Positions 1 through 11,853 are shown, numbered from the stretch's first letter. The stretch: 63,849 nucleotides of DNA from an uncultured Hyphomicrobiales bacterium (GCA_902826255.1 CADEEC010000001.1:1-63849), one strand, 5' to 3'. Program-made: numbers and translations. The notes: generated from the letters alone by a model not told the origin.

Positions 1-2
1 TC

Positions 3-1475
<1,473 letters not shown>

Positions 1476-1478
1476 GAG

Positions 1479-1853
1479 ATGGAGAAGGGCAACTTCATAC
1501 GCATCACGCCCTTCATTCACGTGCCGAAGATCGAGAAGGCGATCGACTTCTTCGAGATGCTCGGCTTCACCTTGTACTTCCACGCCGGCACGTACGCCTA
1601 TCTCGAACGCGAAGGCGCTGGTGTCCGCCTGCTGCAGAACCAAGGCGACGATGGCGCGCCACCCGGCAACCGGCGCTTTGCCTACTACATCGACGTCAAC
1701 GATATCGAAGCGCTCTACCGCGAACTGAAGCCGAAGCTCGACGCGATGCCGCCCGGCGACGTGCATGGTCCCGCTGACAAGGAATACCGCCAGCGCGAGT
1801 TGTGCATCCTTGCGCCGGACGGCAATTTGCTCGTATTCGGCCAATCTATCTGA
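1479..1853 (+). CDS. VOC (glyoxalase/bleomycin-resistance fold) family protein
   Basis: 124-aa ORF with a 3-nt spacer after guaB. Small protein with VOC-like pattern (IDFFEMLGF, LCILAPDGNLLVFGQ). Family-level call only. Confidence 0.75.
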   Translation: MEKGNFIRITPFIHVPKIEKAIDFFEMLGFTLYFHAGTYAYLEREGAGVRLLQNQGDDGAPPGNRRFAYYIDVNDIEALYRELKPKLDAMPPGDVHGPADKEYRQRELCILAPDGNLLVFGQSI

Positions 1854-1890
1854 GGCACAAACGCCTCGTTCTATTTGTGGGGTTCTCCCG

Positions 1891-3168
1891 ATGCGTCCCG
1901 GCGCCCGCCAGCAGGCGGCCATCGAAATTCTGACCTCCCTCGAAACCGAACGCCGGCCCGCCGCCGACGCGGTGAAGGCCTGGATGCTCACGCACCGCTT
2001 CGCCGGCTCAAAGGATCGCGCCGAGATTGGCGACCTCGTATTCGGCGCACTGCGTTGGAAGCAATCGAGCGCCTGGCGCATGGGCGAAGACACGCCGCGG
2101 GCCTGGGTCTGGGGCGCGTTGCGCTGGGGCTTTGGGCAAAGTGCCGAATGGATCGAGCAAAGCCTGGTCGACGATCCGCACGCGCCGGCGCCGATGAGTG
2201 ACGCCGAACGCGCTACGCTGAACGGTGACAACATCGCGAGCGCACCAGCGCACGTGCGCGGGGATTTTCCGGACTGGTTGGGCGAAAGCTTTTTGCGGGC
2301 GTTTGGCGATGGCGCCGCCGAAGAAGGCGCCGCGCTTGCGGCGCCCGCGCCGCTCGATCTGCGCGCGAACACGCTGAAGGCGGATCGCGACAAGCTGATC
2401 GCCGCGTTGGCGGAAAGTCCAAAGCTGAAGGTGCCGCCGCAGCCGACGCCGCATGCGCCGGATGGCGTGCGCATTCCTTGGTCGCAGGGGCGGACATTCC
2501 CGTGGGCGACGGAGCAGAGTTTCGTCAAAGGCTGGTTCGAGGTGCAGGACGAGGGTAGCCAGATCGCGGCGCGTGTGTCTGGCGCGGAGCCGGGGATGCA
2601 GATCGCGGACGTCTGCGCTGGTGGTGGCGGCAAGACGCTCGCGCTTGCGGCGCTGATGCAGAACAAGGGGCAGATCTTCGCGCATGACATTGATGGCCGC
2701 CGCCTCGCGCCGCTGAAGGAGCGGCTCGATCGTGCGGGCGTCCGCAACGTACAGATCCGCGCGCCGATGCGCACGAAGGATGTGCTGGCTGACCTCAAAG
2801 AGCGAATGGATGTCGTGTTCGTCGATGCTCCATGCACTGGCTCCGGCACTTGGCGGCGCAGTCCTGACTCCAAGTGGCGCCTGCGCCCCAACGCACTCGC
2901 CAAGCGCCTCGAAGAGCAGCAGCAAGCTTTGGCGCTTGCCGCGCCGCTGGTGAAACCAGGTGGGCGCCTGGTCTATGTCACCTGTTCGGTGTTGCCGGAG
3001 GAGAACGAGGATGCGGTGGCGGCATTCCTCGGATCATACGACGCGTTCGCGCCTGTAGGATTGGAGCTCGCCGGTTTGCCGGCGTATCAGCGCGCTATCG
3101 GCCTACAGATGACGCCGCTTAAGACGGGTTGCGACGGATTCTACGTCGCGGTGTTGCAGCGCGCTTAG
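1891..3168 (+). CDS. RsmB/Sun (NOL1/NOP2) family RNA cytosine-C5 methyltransferase
   Basis: Track ORF 1765..3168 trimmed to ATG 1891 (MRPGARQQAAIEIL). SAM motif DVCAGGGGKT. Catalytic-Cys motifs VDAPCTGSGTWRR and YVTCSVLPEENE. Confidence 0.88.
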   Translation: MRPGARQQAAIEILTSLETERRPAADAVKAWMLTHRFAGSKDRAEIGDLVFGALRWKQSSAWRMGEDTPRAWVWGALRWGFGQSAEWIEQSLVDDPHAPAPMSDAERATLNGDNIASAPAHVRGDFPDWLGESFLRAFGDGAAEEGAALAAPAPLDLRANTLKADRDKLIAALAESPKLKVPPQPTPHAPDGVRIPWSQGRTFPWATEQSFVKGWFEVQDEGSQIAARVSGAEPGMQIADVCAGGGGKTLALAALMQNKGQIFAHDIDGRRLAPLKERLDRAGVRNVQIRAPMRTKDVLADLKERMDVVFVDAPCTGSGTWRRSPDSKWRLRPNALAKRLEEQQQALALAAPLVKPGGRLVYVTCSVLPEENEDAVAAFLGSYDAFAPVGLELAGLPAYQRAIGLQMTPLKTGCDGFYVAVLQRA

Positions 3169-3437
3169 GCTTCGATGTCGACGTACTGACCGGGGCGTTC
3201 GCGGTCCTCGTCGCCTTCGTAAGCCTCGCGCGGTGGATCGCTGCTGCGCGCGTCGGCGGCAGGCCGCTTTTTGTGCGCAAGCGAAGCGGGATCGACGCGC
3301 AGCTTTTCCTGCACCATGTCGCGATGCGTCACCGCCCCGCCGAAATCCACGGGCGTGCGTTGCGGCTGCTGATCGTGCGCGGTGTGAGCTGCGACGGGCG
3401 CAGAGACGGGCGAAATAGTCGTCATGAGAGCCATCAT
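3165..3437 (-). CDS. small hypothetical protein (90 aa)
   Basis: Third-codon positions are strongly G/C-biased in this frame. The overlapping plus-strand ORF 3129..3512 is Arg-rich antisense-like. 4-nt convergent stop overlap with the methyltransferase gene. No recognisable domain. Confidence 0.4.
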   Translation of the reverse strand: MMALMTTISPVSAPVAAHTAHDQQPQRTPVDFGGAVTHRDMVQEKLRVDPASLAHKKRPAADARSSDPPREAYEGDEDRERPGQYVDIEA

Positions 3438-3508
3438 GTCACATCGCGGTTGACGTGGCGTTCAGTTGTGTTGCTAACGCACGTCAAGGCTAACCGGCGC
3501 GAAACCAT

Positions 3509-4693
3509 ATGAAGCGGCTCGACATCGCCATTGCCGGTTGCGGCGTCGCCGGCCTCAGCGTCGCGACGTTGCTGCGCCAGATGGGCGCGAATGTCGTCAT
3601 CTTCGACAAGCTCGAAACGCCGCAGCCTTTGGGTTCGGGGATCATCCTGCAACCGGTTGGTTTGCATGTGCTCGATCTGATCGGCGCCGGCACAGCAATA
3701 CGAGAGCTTGGCGCGCCAATTATGCGGCTGTTCGGCAAGGCAGCGCCAAACCAGAACGTGGTGCTCGATGTGCGTTACGCGGATCGAGGACGAAATGCGC
3801 CGTGCGGGCTGGGCGTGCATCGCGGGGCGTTGTTTCAGGTGCTTTACGAGGCGGCGTTGGCGAGCGGCGCGGAGATTGAGAGCGGGCGTGAGGTTGTTGA
3901 CGTTCGCGATCGGCGGTTGGTGTTCGCGGATGGGAGCGTCGGTGCAGCCTTTGATCTGATCGTTGATGCGCTGGGTATGCGTTCGCCACTCGCTGGCGCG
4001 CCGCCGAAACCGCTCACTTTCGGTGCGTTGTGGGCGAGTTTGGATTGGACGGGTCCGTTCGACGGAGCCGCGCTTGAGCAACGCTATCGCCAGGCGCGAA
4101 AGATGGTTGGGGTGATGCCGATTGGGCGGCTCAAGGGTAAGGACCGCAAGCAGGCGGCGTTCTTTTGGAGTTTGAAGCACACCGATCGCGCGGCTTGGGC
4201 GAGCACGCCGATCGAGGCGTGGAAGGACGAGGTACGCGCGCTTTGGCCGGAGACCGAGCCGCTGCTCGCGCAAATCCACACGCACGACGACCTCGTCTTC
4301 GCCACCTATGCGCATCGCACTTTGGCCGATCCGGTGGCGCGCGATTGCGTGCATGTCGGCGATAGCTGGCATTGCACGAGCCCGCAGCTTGGGCAGGGCG
4401 CCAACATGGCGTTGCTCGATGCGCTGGCGCTCGCGCGCGCGTTGGAGACGCAGAGCAATCTCGATGCGGCGCTTGGCGAATATGCGCGGCTGCGGCTCTG
4501 GCACATCCGGCTTTATCAGACGGCGTCCTGGATGTTCACGCCGGCCTACCAATCCGACAGCGCTGCGTTCGCCGCGTTGCGTGACTGGATCATGTCGCCG
4601 CTCTCGCGCACGCCGCCTGCGCCCGCGGTGCTCGCAGGCCTAGTGGCTGGTGAGATCGGGTCACCGCTTCGGGCTATGCGCCGCGCGCGCTAG
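3509..4693 (+). CDS. FAD-dependent monooxygenase (UbiH/salicylate-hydroxylase-like)
   Basis: N-terminal Rossmann motif DIAIAGCGVAGLSVA, late motif HVGDSWHCTSPQLGQGANMALLDA typical of class A flavoprotein monooxygenases. Confidence 0.85.
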   Translation: MKRLDIAIAGCGVAGLSVATLLRQMGANVVIFDKLETPQPLGSGIILQPVGLHVLDLIGAGTAIRELGAPIMRLFGKAAPNQNVVLDVRYADRGRNAPCGLGVHRGALFQVLYEAALASGAEIESGREVVDVRDRRLVFADGSVGAAFDLIVDALGMRSPLAGAPPKPLTFGALWASLDWTGPFDGAALEQRYRQARKMVGVMPIGRLKGKDRKQAAFFWSLKHTDRAAWASTPIEAWKDEVRALWPETEPLLAQIHTHDDLVFATYAHRTLADPVARDCVHVGDSWHCTSPQLGQGANMALLDALALARALETQSNLDAALGEYARLRLWHIRLYQTASWMFTPAYQSDSAAFAALRDWIMSPLSRTPPAPAVLAGLVAGEIGSPLRAMRRAR

Positions 4694-5235
4694 GAGCTGT
4701 CGGCGGCTTGAGGCGCTGTTTGCGGGAAGAGCAGCGTGAAGAGATCGCACGACGCGGTGACGCCGGGTGCGGGCAGGCGGACGTCGCGCCAGATGGCACG
4801 CATCAGTTTGAGTGTGCGCGCGATCAGCGGTTCGAGATCGGCGAGAGCGGCGGCGAGACGATGCGCGCGTTGGCGCAGTGTGCCCGCATTCATGCCGGCG
4901 AGCGCGCTGGTGAGGTGGCGCTCGGAGCAGCGTGAGCGCTTGGCGCCTGGATAGCTCCGCTGCACGCGCCGGCGCAGCGCGAAGTCCATGCGCGCGGTGC
5001 CGAGGATGATGAGCGCGTGGCCCAGATGGCGCACGCTGGCGCGCAGGTCGCGCGCGATGCCCGCCTTCCTGGCGGAGACGAACGCGCGTACCGGCGCGGC
5101 GCGCGTCAAAGCGGGCGGCAGCGTGTCGAGCAGATCGCAAAACCACGCCAGCAGACCGATGACCCAAGCCCTCAGCGTGGCCAGAGCGGGCGCGCAGAGG
5201 GCGGATTGGTCGGTGGGCTTAGGGGTGAAATGCAC
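4690..5235 (-). CDS. hypothetical protein (181 aa)
   Basis: Longest ORF here with high GC3. Arg/Ala-rich helical-looking sequence with no motif I recognise. 4-nt convergent stop overlap with the monooxygenase gene. Confidence 0.5.
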   Translation of the reverse strand: MHFTPKPTDQSALCAPALATLRAWVIGLLAWFCDLLDTLPPALTRAAPVRAFVSARKAGIARDLRASVRHLGHALIILGTARMDFALRRRVQRSYPGAKRSRCSERHLTSALAGMNAGTLRQRAHRLAAALADLEPLIARTLKLMRAIWRDVRLPAPGVTASCDLFTLLFPQTAPQAADSS

Positions 5236-5352
5236 GGGCGCGCATTATGCGCCCGCTGCGGGAGGGGTCGGATAGATTTTGTGCGCGGTGTTGGTGGCGT
5301 GGGATTTGGAGGAGCTAGGTGTGGGATAGTTGGCCTGACGGGTACCAAAACC

Positions 5353-6246
5353 CTACGGCAGTTTCCCGAGCAGAAAGCCGAAAAAGCTAGTCAGCACCGT
5401 TAGCCACGCCGTCATTTTCAGGTCGCGGTCTGGGTGGTGGAACAGCACAAACCACGTGCTCGTCTCAAATGAAACCTTCATGTAGTAGTATCCGATGACG
5501 CCAGGACGATGTCTTGCATCGTCCCCGAGTTTGACGAGCGCGCTTCTTCGCTTCGCGACCTTCTTTGCTTTCTCTTGAACAAACGTTTCGCGAGCGTTCG
5601 CGAGCGACGCCCGTAGGCCGTCTGGAATCGAGATGATTTCCGTACCCGATATTTGGAAGTCTCTGGGAGACTGCGCTGCGATCCAATCGGACGCCGCGTC
5701 CGGCGTAGCAGGGCCAGTATCCGGCGGCGTCTCTTGCGTCAGGTCCGGATTTCGCAGGACGATGTCTCGCGACGCAACGTCATCGACAGTCTCACGGCCG
5801 ATGAACTCTTCTCCGCTCCTCGCGTATCTTCTGTCCCGAATTTCGAAGAGAAACTGCTTGCGCCATTTCTTGCGGGCCTTCGTTTCTTTCGCGGAAAGCT
5901 GCACGTACTGTCGCTCGCCTTCGGCGTCGTCGTACGCGTAGAGAAACTTGCAGTAGGCATGTTGCCCATTCATCGAGCTAGGCAAGATGGCCTTCGGAGC
6001 CCAGACACGCTGAATGTGACCCTCAGGTTCGCCGTCGTGTGCGCGTAACGCGATCGGGCCAAGCGGTGTGTTTTGAACGTCGCCTGAGTAAACCCGGGCG
6101 ATCACCTTTAGTGTCATCCAGACCAGCAACGTCACTATCGCGAACTGCAAAAACCAGTTCTGCAGCAGCACCGACGCTATCCGGTTGGCCTCGTCCGATG
6201 ATGCCCATTGCGAAACACGCGCGACCGTCGGGACAATTCCGTCCAT
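5353..6246 (-). CDS. hypothetical membrane protein, two terminal TM helices (297 aa), low G+C
   Basis: Hydrophobic segments FLQFAIVTLLVWMTLKVIA (N-term) and MTAWLTVLTSFFGFLLG (C-term) flank a charged soluble middle. Visibly more A/T-rich than its neighbours. No recognisable family. Confidence 0.6.
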   Translation of the reverse strand: MDGIVPTVARVSQWASSDEANRIASVLLQNWFLQFAIVTLLVWMTLKVIARVYSGDVQNTPLGPIALRAHDGEPEGHIQRVWAPKAILPSSMNGQHAYCKFLYAYDDAEGERQYVQLSAKETKARKKWRKQFLFEIRDRRYARSGEEFIGRETVDDVASRDIVLRNPDLTQETPPDTGPATPDAASDWIAAQSPRDFQISGTEIISIPDGLRASLANARETFVQEKAKKVAKRRSALVKLGDDARHRPGVIGYYYMKVSFETSTWFVLFHHPDRDLKMTAWLTVLTSFFGFLLGKLP

Positions 6247-6390
6247 TCCCCGCCTCCCCCGAGATGGTTAACGAACCTTAACGTCTGGGGATAAATCTGC
6301 AACCGGGGCGGGTGTCGGTGGCCGTCCGTGGCGCTGCGCCATGCATTTCCGCTGAATTGACGTCCCCCGCGACGCACTCCATTTCAGGCC

Positions 6391-7992
6391 ATGGCGCAGA
6401 GCACAGCGAAATCCTCCGAGCCGGTCACGGCTTCAGCCGCCCACCACGAACGTGTCCTCATCATCGACTTTGGCAGTCAGGTTACGCAGCTGATTGCCCG
6501 GCGCGTGCGCGAGAACGGCGTCTATTGCGAAATCCATCCGTACAACAAAGTCGACGGCGCGTTCCTGAAGACCTACGCGCCGAAGGCGATCATCTTCTCG
6601 GGCGGGCCGTCGAGCGTGTTGGACGAGCCCTCGCCACGGGCGCCGGAAGAGGCCTTCAAACTCGGCGTGCCGATCCTCGCCATTTGCTACGGCCAGCAGA
6701 CGATGCAGGTGCAACTCGGCGGCAAGGTCGAAGGCGGGCACGCGCGCGAGTTCGGGCGCGCTGACGTCGAGATCAAGAAGGCATCGCCGCTGTTCGAAGG
6801 CTTGTGGAACGTCGGCGGCCGCTATCCGGTGTGGATGAGCCACGGCGACCGGGTGACGAAACTGGCGGACGGCTTTGAGGTCATCGCCACCAGCGAGAAC
6901 GCACCGTTCGCGATTGCCGTCGATGAGCAGCGGCGCTTCTACACTACGATGTTTCACCCCGAAGTCGTGCACACGCCCGACGGCGGCAAGCTCTTAAAGA
7001 ATTTCACGCACCGCATCGCCGGCTTCAAAGGCGATTGGAGCATGGCGGCGTTCAAGGATGAGGCGATCGCGCGCATCCGCGCGCAGGTTGGCGACGGCAC
7101 GGTGATTTGCGGGCTCTCGGGCGGGGTCGACTCATCGGTGGCGGCGGTGCTGATCCACGAAGCGATCGGCGACCGGCTGCACTGCGTATTCGTCGATCAT
7201 GGGCTGATGCGGAAGGATGAGGCGACGCAAGTCGTCTCGCTGTTCCGCGATCACTACAACATTCCGCTGATCCACGCTGATGAGAGCGAGCGTTTCTTGG
7301 GCGCGCTTGAGGGCGTTTCCGATCCTGAAGTGAAGCGCAAGACGATCGGCAAGCTCTTCATCGATGTGTTCGAGGAGAAGGCGAAGTCGATTGGCGGCGC
7401 GGCGTTCCTGGCGCAAGGCACGTTGTATCCCGACGTGATCGAGAGCGTGTCGGCGATTGGCGGGCCATCGGTGACGATCAAGTCGCACCACAATGTTGGC
7501 GGCTTGCCCGAGCGCATGAACATGAAGCTGGTCGAGCCGCTGCGCGATCTGTTCAAGGATGAAGTGCGCGCGCTGGGGCGTGAGCTTGGGTTGCCGGAGA
7601 CGTTCGTGGGGCGTCATCCGTTCCCGGGGCCGGGGCTCGCGATCCGCGTGCCGGGCGAGATCACGCGCGAGAAGCTCGATATTCTGCGCGAAGCGGACGC
7701 GGTTTATCTCGACGAGATCCGCAAGGCCGGCTTGTACGACAAGATCTGGCAGGCGTTCGCGGTGTTGCTGCCGGTGAAGACGGTCGGCGTGATGGGCGAT
7801 GGGCGTACGTACGAATATGTCTGCGCGCTGCGTGCGGTGACGAGCACGGACGGCATGACGGCGGACTTCTTCCCGTACTCGATGGATTTCCTCGGCCGCG
7901 CCGCCACGCGCATCATCAACGAAGTACGCGGCGTGAACCGGGTCGTGTACGACGTGACATCGAAGCCGCCGGGCACGATCGAGTGGGAATGA
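6391..7992 (+). CDS. guaA: GMP synthase (glutamine-hydrolysing)
   Basis: 533-aa ORF. GATase domain ([17 protein letters not shown]), ATP-PPase P-loop [12 protein letters not shown]-terminal PPGTIEWE. Confidence 0.97.
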   Translation: MAQSTAKSSEPVTASAAHHERVLIIDFGSQVTQLIARRVRENGVYCEIHPYNKVDGAFLKTYAPKAIIFSGGPSSVLDEPSPRAPEEAFKLGVPILAICYGQQTMQVQLGGKVEGGHAREFGRADVEIKKASPLFEGLWNVGGRYPVWMSHGDRVTKLADGFEVIATSENAPFAIAVDEQRRFYTTMFHPEVVHTPDGGKLLKNFTHRIAGFKGDWSMAAFKDEAIARIRAQVGDGTVICGLSGGVDSSVAAVLIHEAIGDRLHCVFVDHGLMRKDEATQVVSLFRDHYNIPLIHADESERFLGALEGVSDPEVKRKTIGKLFIDVFEEKAKSIGGAAFLAQGTLYPDVIESVSAIGGPSVTIKSHHNVGGLPERMNMKLVEPLRDLFKDEVRALGRELGLPETFVGRHPFPGPGLAIRVPGEITREKLDILREADAVYLDEIRKAGLYDKIWQAFAVLLPVKTVGVMGDGRTYEYVCALRAVTSTDGMTADFFPYSMDFLGRAATRIINEVRGVNRVVYDVTSKPPGTIEWE

Positions 7993-8576
7993 AGAAGGTC
8001 GCTGCCGACAAACCGCGTTGCAAGTGGCCGGGGAGCGATGCGCTTTACGTTGCATACCACGACGACGAATGGGGCGTGCCGGTTCGGGATGACCGGAAGC
8101 TCTTCGAGATGCTGCAGCTCGACGGCGCGCAGGCGGGGCTGTCGTGGATCACAATTTTGCGCAAGCGCGAGAACTATTGCCGCGCATTCGACGGCTTCGA
8201 TCCCGAGAAGATTGTCCGCTACACGCCGGCGAAGATCGAGAAGCTGATGAAGGACGAAGGCATCGTTCGCAACCGGCTGAAGATCGAGGGCGTGGTGGCG
8301 TCGGCGAAGGCGTATCTGGCGATGCGCAAGGAGGGGCTGACTCTGTCGAAGTTCTTGTGGGACTTCGTCGACGGCAAGCCGATTGTCAATCGGCTGAAGC
8401 CCGGCGGGCCGATCCCGGCGGAGACGGAGACTTCGCAAGCGATCTCGAAAGCGCTGAAGAAAAAGGGCTTCAAGTTCGTCGGGCCGACGATCGTCTACGC
8501 GTTCATGCAGGCGGTGGGGATGGTCAACGACCACCTCGTCACTTGCTACCGGCACCCCGACTACAAGAAGCGTTGA
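7989..8576 (+). CDS. tag: DNA-3-methyladenine glycosylase I
   Basis: Motifs [28 protein letters not shown] and [21 protein letters not shown] 7989 overlaps the guaA stop (ATGA). The track start at 7983 is a GTG alternative. Confidence 0.9.
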   Translation: MKKVAADKPRCKWPGSDALYVAYHDDEWGVPVRDDRKLFEMLQLDGAQAGLSWITILRKRENYCRAFDGFDPEKIVRYTPAKIEKLMKDEGIVRNRLKIEGVVASAKAYLAMRKEGLTLSKFLWDFVDGKPIVNRLKPGGPIPAETETSQAISKALKKKGFKFVGPTIVYAFMQAVGMVNDHLVTCYRHPDYKKR

Positions 8577-8614
8577 GGCTTGAAGCGCCGCTACGCGTGC
8601 GCCAAGTTTCGCAC

Positions 8615-8998
8615 ATGGCCGTCGAACTCAATCACACCATCGTGCACGCGGACGACAAGGATATTTCCGCTCGCTTCATTGCGGACATCCTTGGGCTAGA
8701 AGCCCCGATCGCGTTCGGGCCGTTTCTGGTGGTGAAAACGGCGAACGGCGTCAGTCTCGATTTCATCAATAGCGGCGGCGATCCGGTGAAGAGTCGCCAC
8801 TTCGCATTTCTAGTCGGTGAGCACGAGTTCGACGCGATCTTCGCGCGCATCAAGGCGCGTGGCTTGAGTTATTGGGCCGATCCGATGGGCAAGATCGAGG
8901 GCGAGATCAACTTGCACTTCGGCGGCCGGGGCTTCTACTTCCGCGGCCCTGAGGGGCATTGGTACGAAGCGATCACGCGCCCGTACGAAATGGGCTAG
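8615..8998 (+). CDS. VOC family protein
   Basis: Track ORF 8144..8998 trimmed to ATG 8615 (MAVELNHTIVH). The upstream part lies inside tag in another frame. Glyoxalase-like pattern (HFAFLVGEHEFD, GRGFYFRGPEGHWYE). Confidence 0.72.
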   Translation: MAVELNHTIVHADDKDISARFIADILGLEAPIAFGPFLVVKTANGVSLDFINSGGDPVKSRHFAFLVGEHEFDAIFARIKARGLSYWADPMGKIEGEINLHFGGRGFYFRGPEGHWYEAITRPYEMG

Positions 8999-9768
8999 CC
9001 GCCGCGTGCGTAGGTGACGCCGCCATCGACGATGATGGTAGAGCCGACGACATAGTCGCCCGCGCGTGAGGCTAGGAAGATCGCGGCGCCGGCCATGTCC
9101 TCTGTCGTGCCAACGCGCTTTGCCGGTATCGCTTGTGCGACCATGTCGCCGTGATCGCGCGCGATGCGGTTCATGTCAGACGGGAAGGCGCCAGGTGCAA
9201 TGCCGGTGACGGCGATGCCGTCCTGGATCAGCCGCATCGCCATGCGCTTTGTCAGATGGATGAGGCCGGACTTCGATGCGGCGTAGGAATATGTCTCCTG
9301 CATGTTGACGGAGACGCCGTCGATCGAGGCGATGTTGATCACTTTGGCGAGATGGCCCTTCGCGGCGCCACGCTTCAGCGCCTCGTGCAGTTTCTGCGTC
9401 AAGAAGAACGGCGTCTTGACGTTGAGGTCCATGACCTTGTCCCAGCCATTCTCCGGAAACTCGGTGAACTCCGCGCCCCACGCCGCGCCGGCATTGTTGA
9501 CGAGGATGTCGAGCGTGTCCTCGTGACCGAGAAAGGCGTCCGCCATTTTTTGCGCGCCATCAGCGCCGGAAGCGTCGACCACCAAAGGAATGCAAGGGCC
9601 AATGGCGGAGAGTTCGGTCGCCGTCTCCTCAAGCGCGCCGCCCTTGCGTGCGGAGATGTAAACCTTTGCGCCTTGATGCAGGAAGCCTTCGGCAATCATC
9701 TTGCCGATGCCGCGCGAGCCGCCGGTGACGAGGGCGACGCGGCCTTTAAGAGAAAACAGATCCTGCAT
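8995..9768 (-). CDS. SDR family oxidoreductase
   Basis: TGGSRGIG cofactor motif, NNAG, catalytic YSYAASK (YxxxK), typical 257-aa length. Confidence 0.9.
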   Translation of the reverse strand: MQDLFSLKGRVALVTGGSRGIGKMIAEGFLHQGAKVYISARKGGALEETATELSAIGPCIPLVVDASGADGAQKMADAFLGHEDTLDILVNNAGAAWGAEFTEFPENGWDKVMDLNVKTPFFLTQKLHEALKRGAAKGHLAKVINIASIDGVSVNMQETYSYAASKSGLIHLTKRMAMRLIQDGIAVTGIAPGAFPSDMNRIARDHGDMVAQAIPAKRVGTTEDMAGAAIFLASRAGDYVVGSTIIVDGGVTYARGG

Positions 9769-9772
9769 GGCG

Positions 9773-10414
9773 TTAGCTCTGCTGTTGCTTTTGTTGTTCC
9801 GCGATCAGCGCGTCGTCGAGTTCGCGGGCGCGAACGGCTGCGGGCCGATTGTGTAGGCGTGCGCCGTAGGCTTCATAGGCTGGCCGCTTCTCCAGCGTGC
9901 CAAATTGCATGCCCCACATGATGTGCGCGCCGACATAGACATCGGCGGCCGAGAACTTTTCACCGAGAATGTAGGGACCCTTCGCGACCGCAGTTTCGAG
10001 TGCATCCATCACATGGCCGAGCGTGCCGTAGCCGACCATGCCTTGCTTGTCGGCCGGCGCTTCCCAGCCCATCGACTTGTTGCTGGCTGCGGCTTCAACC
10101 GGGCCTGCGGCGAAGAACATCCAGCGATAATACGTGCCGCGTGCCTTGTCGGTGGTCGCAGGTGCGAGTCCGGCTTGAGGAAACGCGTCGGCCAGATAGG
10201 CGCAGATCGCGGCCCCTTCGGTGACGACAGTGTCGCCGTGCTTGATCGCCGGCACTTTGCCCATCGGATTGATGGCCAGATACGAAGGGTCCTTCATGCT
10301 CGTGCCGTAGCCCAGCACGACTGTTTCATAGGGTTGCCCCACTTCCTCCAGCATCCAGCGCGCGATGCGGCCGCGCGACATGGGATTGGTGTAGAAAGTG
10401 AGCGTGTCGACCAT
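9773..10414 (-). CDS. glutathione S-transferase family protein
   Basis: 213 aa. N-terminal thioredoxin-like part with NPMGKVPAI and a helical C-terminal domain. GGAGGA RBS upstream. Confidence 0.88.
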   Translation of the reverse strand: MVDTLTFYTNPMSRGRIARWMLEEVGQPYETVVLGYGTSMKDPSYLAINPMGKVPAIKHGDTVVTEGAAICAYLADAFPQAGLAPATTDKARGTYYRWMFFAAGPVEAAASNKSMGWEAPADKQGMVGYGTLGHVMDALETAVAKGPYILGEKFSAADVYVGAHIMWGMQFGTLEKRPAYEAYGARLHNRPAAVRARELDDALIAEQQKQQQS

Positions 10415-10449
10415 GGACGTTCCTCCGTTTTCCTTGGCATAAGCCGCCC

Positions 10450-10809
10450 ATGGCCAAGAGCAAGCAGATTACGATTTACGGGATCAAGAACTGCGACACG
10501 ATGAAGAAGGCGCGCGCGTGGTTGGATGACCATGACGTCGCATACGCGTTCCACGATTACAAAGCCGAAGGCATCGACAAGGCGTCGCTCGAAAGCTGGG
10601 CGAAGGAAGTTGGTTGGGATATCTTGCTCAATCGCGCCGGCACGACGTTTCGGAAATTGCCGGACGCCCAGCGTGAGAACGTGACGGAGAAGAAGGCCAT
10701 TGCGCTGATGCTGGAGCAGCCGAGCATGATCAAGCGGCCGGTGCTCGACGTCGGCGGCAAGTTGCTGGTCGGATTCAAGCCAGATTTGTATGCAAAGCAA
10801 TTCGGCTAG
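10450..10809 (+). CDS. ArsC/Spx/YffB family protein
   Basis: ITIYGIKNCDTMKKARAWL N-terminus and IKRPVL motif are typical of the ArsC-like (YffB) family. 119 aa. Confidence 0.85.
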   Translation: MAKSKQITIYGIKNCDTMKKARAWLDDHDVAYAFHDYKAEGIDKASLESWAKEVGWDILLNRAGTTFRKLPDAQRENVTEKKAIALMLEQPSMIKRPVLDVGGKLLVGFKPDLYAKQFG

Positions 10810-11477
10810 ACGCGATCGGCGATCCAGGCTGCCGCTGCATCGAGAATTTCGCTTAGCACCTGCGGGTCTTTCCGGCCGCTTCTTGCCGGGACGTGGAAGC
10901 TATGGTCCGCGTGCTCACTCAGCGCGAGGGTGGCGCGCTTGCCGAGATGTTTGACGACTGGCTTCAGCAGATCGAGCGACGCCAGCGCATCGTTCGTGCC
11001 TTGCAGGAAGAGCATCGGAATCGACACGTCATCGAGATGCCTGGCGCGCTCGCTGCCGGGCTTTCCAGCTGGATGAAGCGGGAAGCCGAAGAAGATAAGG
11101 CCCTGCACGTTGGGCAGCGCGTCGAGCGCTTGCGCTTGCGATGTCATACGCCCGCCAAATGACTTGCCGCCGGCGAAGAGCGGAAGCTTCGGCGCGAGTT
11201 CTGATGTTTTGGCGAAAGCGGCGCGCACGGCTTTGTGAGCGAGCGGCGGTGCATCAGGCCGCCCCGAACCGCGCTCCATGTAGAGGAAGTTGTAGCGCAG
11301 TGTGGCCATGCCGCGTTCGGCCAATCCTTCCGCGATCGCTGTCATCGATTTGTGCGCCATGCCGGCGCCTGCGCCGTGCGCGAAGACGTAGGCGGCCTTC
11401 GCGTTGGCGGGCGCGAGCCACAGTCCGGAGACTGTGGCGTCGCCATCGAGTTGAACGGTGATCTCTTTCGGCTTCAC
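10806..11477 (-). CDS. alpha/beta hydrolase (dienelactone-hydrolase-like, COG3571-type)
   Basis: 223 aa. HGAGAG oxyanion-type motif, nucleophile elbow GGKSFGG, C-terminal HSF. GTG start. Confidence 0.8.
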   Translation of the reverse strand: MKPKEITVQLDGDATVSGLWLAPANAKAAYVFAHGAGAGMAHKSMTAIAEGLAERGMATLRYNFLYMERGSGRPDAPPLAHKAVRAAFAKTSELAPKLPLFAGGKSFGGRMTSQAQALDALPNVQGLIFFGFPLHPAGKPGSERARHLDDVSIPMLFLQGTNDALASLDLLKPVVKHLGKRATLALSEHADHSFHVPARSGRKDPQVLSEILDAAAAWIADRV

Positions 11478-11486
11478 CGGATCATT

Positions 11487-11843
11487 CTACTGCCCCGGGA
11501 TCGGCAAGCACTCCATGATTTCGACGGCCTCACCGGGAAAGATCGAGAAGTGCGGGTGGCCTTCGAACATTTTGGCGGCGGCTTCGTGTGACTCGGCTTG
11601 CACGACGATGTAGCCGGCGAGGTTGTTCTTGATGTCGGTGATGCCGTTGAGACCGGCGCGCTTCGTCTTGCCGAGCGGATCGCCATTGAAGACGATCGCG
11701 GCCTTGTGCTTTTCGCCCCAGGCCATCCAAGCGGCGATGCCTTCCTTTTCGAGCTTGGCGCGATCGGCCGCGTTGAGTTGGTCGAAGCCGGAGCGTTCGC
11801 GGGCAGCGGTTGTGCCGGTGTAGACGGCGAGAAACTTCTTCAT
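11487..11843 (-). CDS. small conserved hypothetical protein (118 aa)
   Basis: Track ORF trimmed to ATG 11843 (MKKFLAVYTG). High GC3, sits inside the tightly packed operon. No family assigned. Confidence 0.6.
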   Translation of the reverse strand: MKKFLAVYTGTTAARERSGFDQLNAADRAKLEKEGIAAWMAWGEKHKAAIVFNGDPLGKTKRAGLNGITDIKNNLAGYIVVQAESHEAAAKMFEGHPHFSIFPGEAVEIMECLPIPGQ

Positions 11844-11853
11844 CGAACTCTCC

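Noticed and set aside
3129-3512. 127-aa plus-strand ORF overlapping the 90-aa minus-strand ORF
   Set aside because: The minus-strand frame has the better G/C third-position bias. The plus-strand product is Arg-rich and would overlap the start of the monooxygenase gene.
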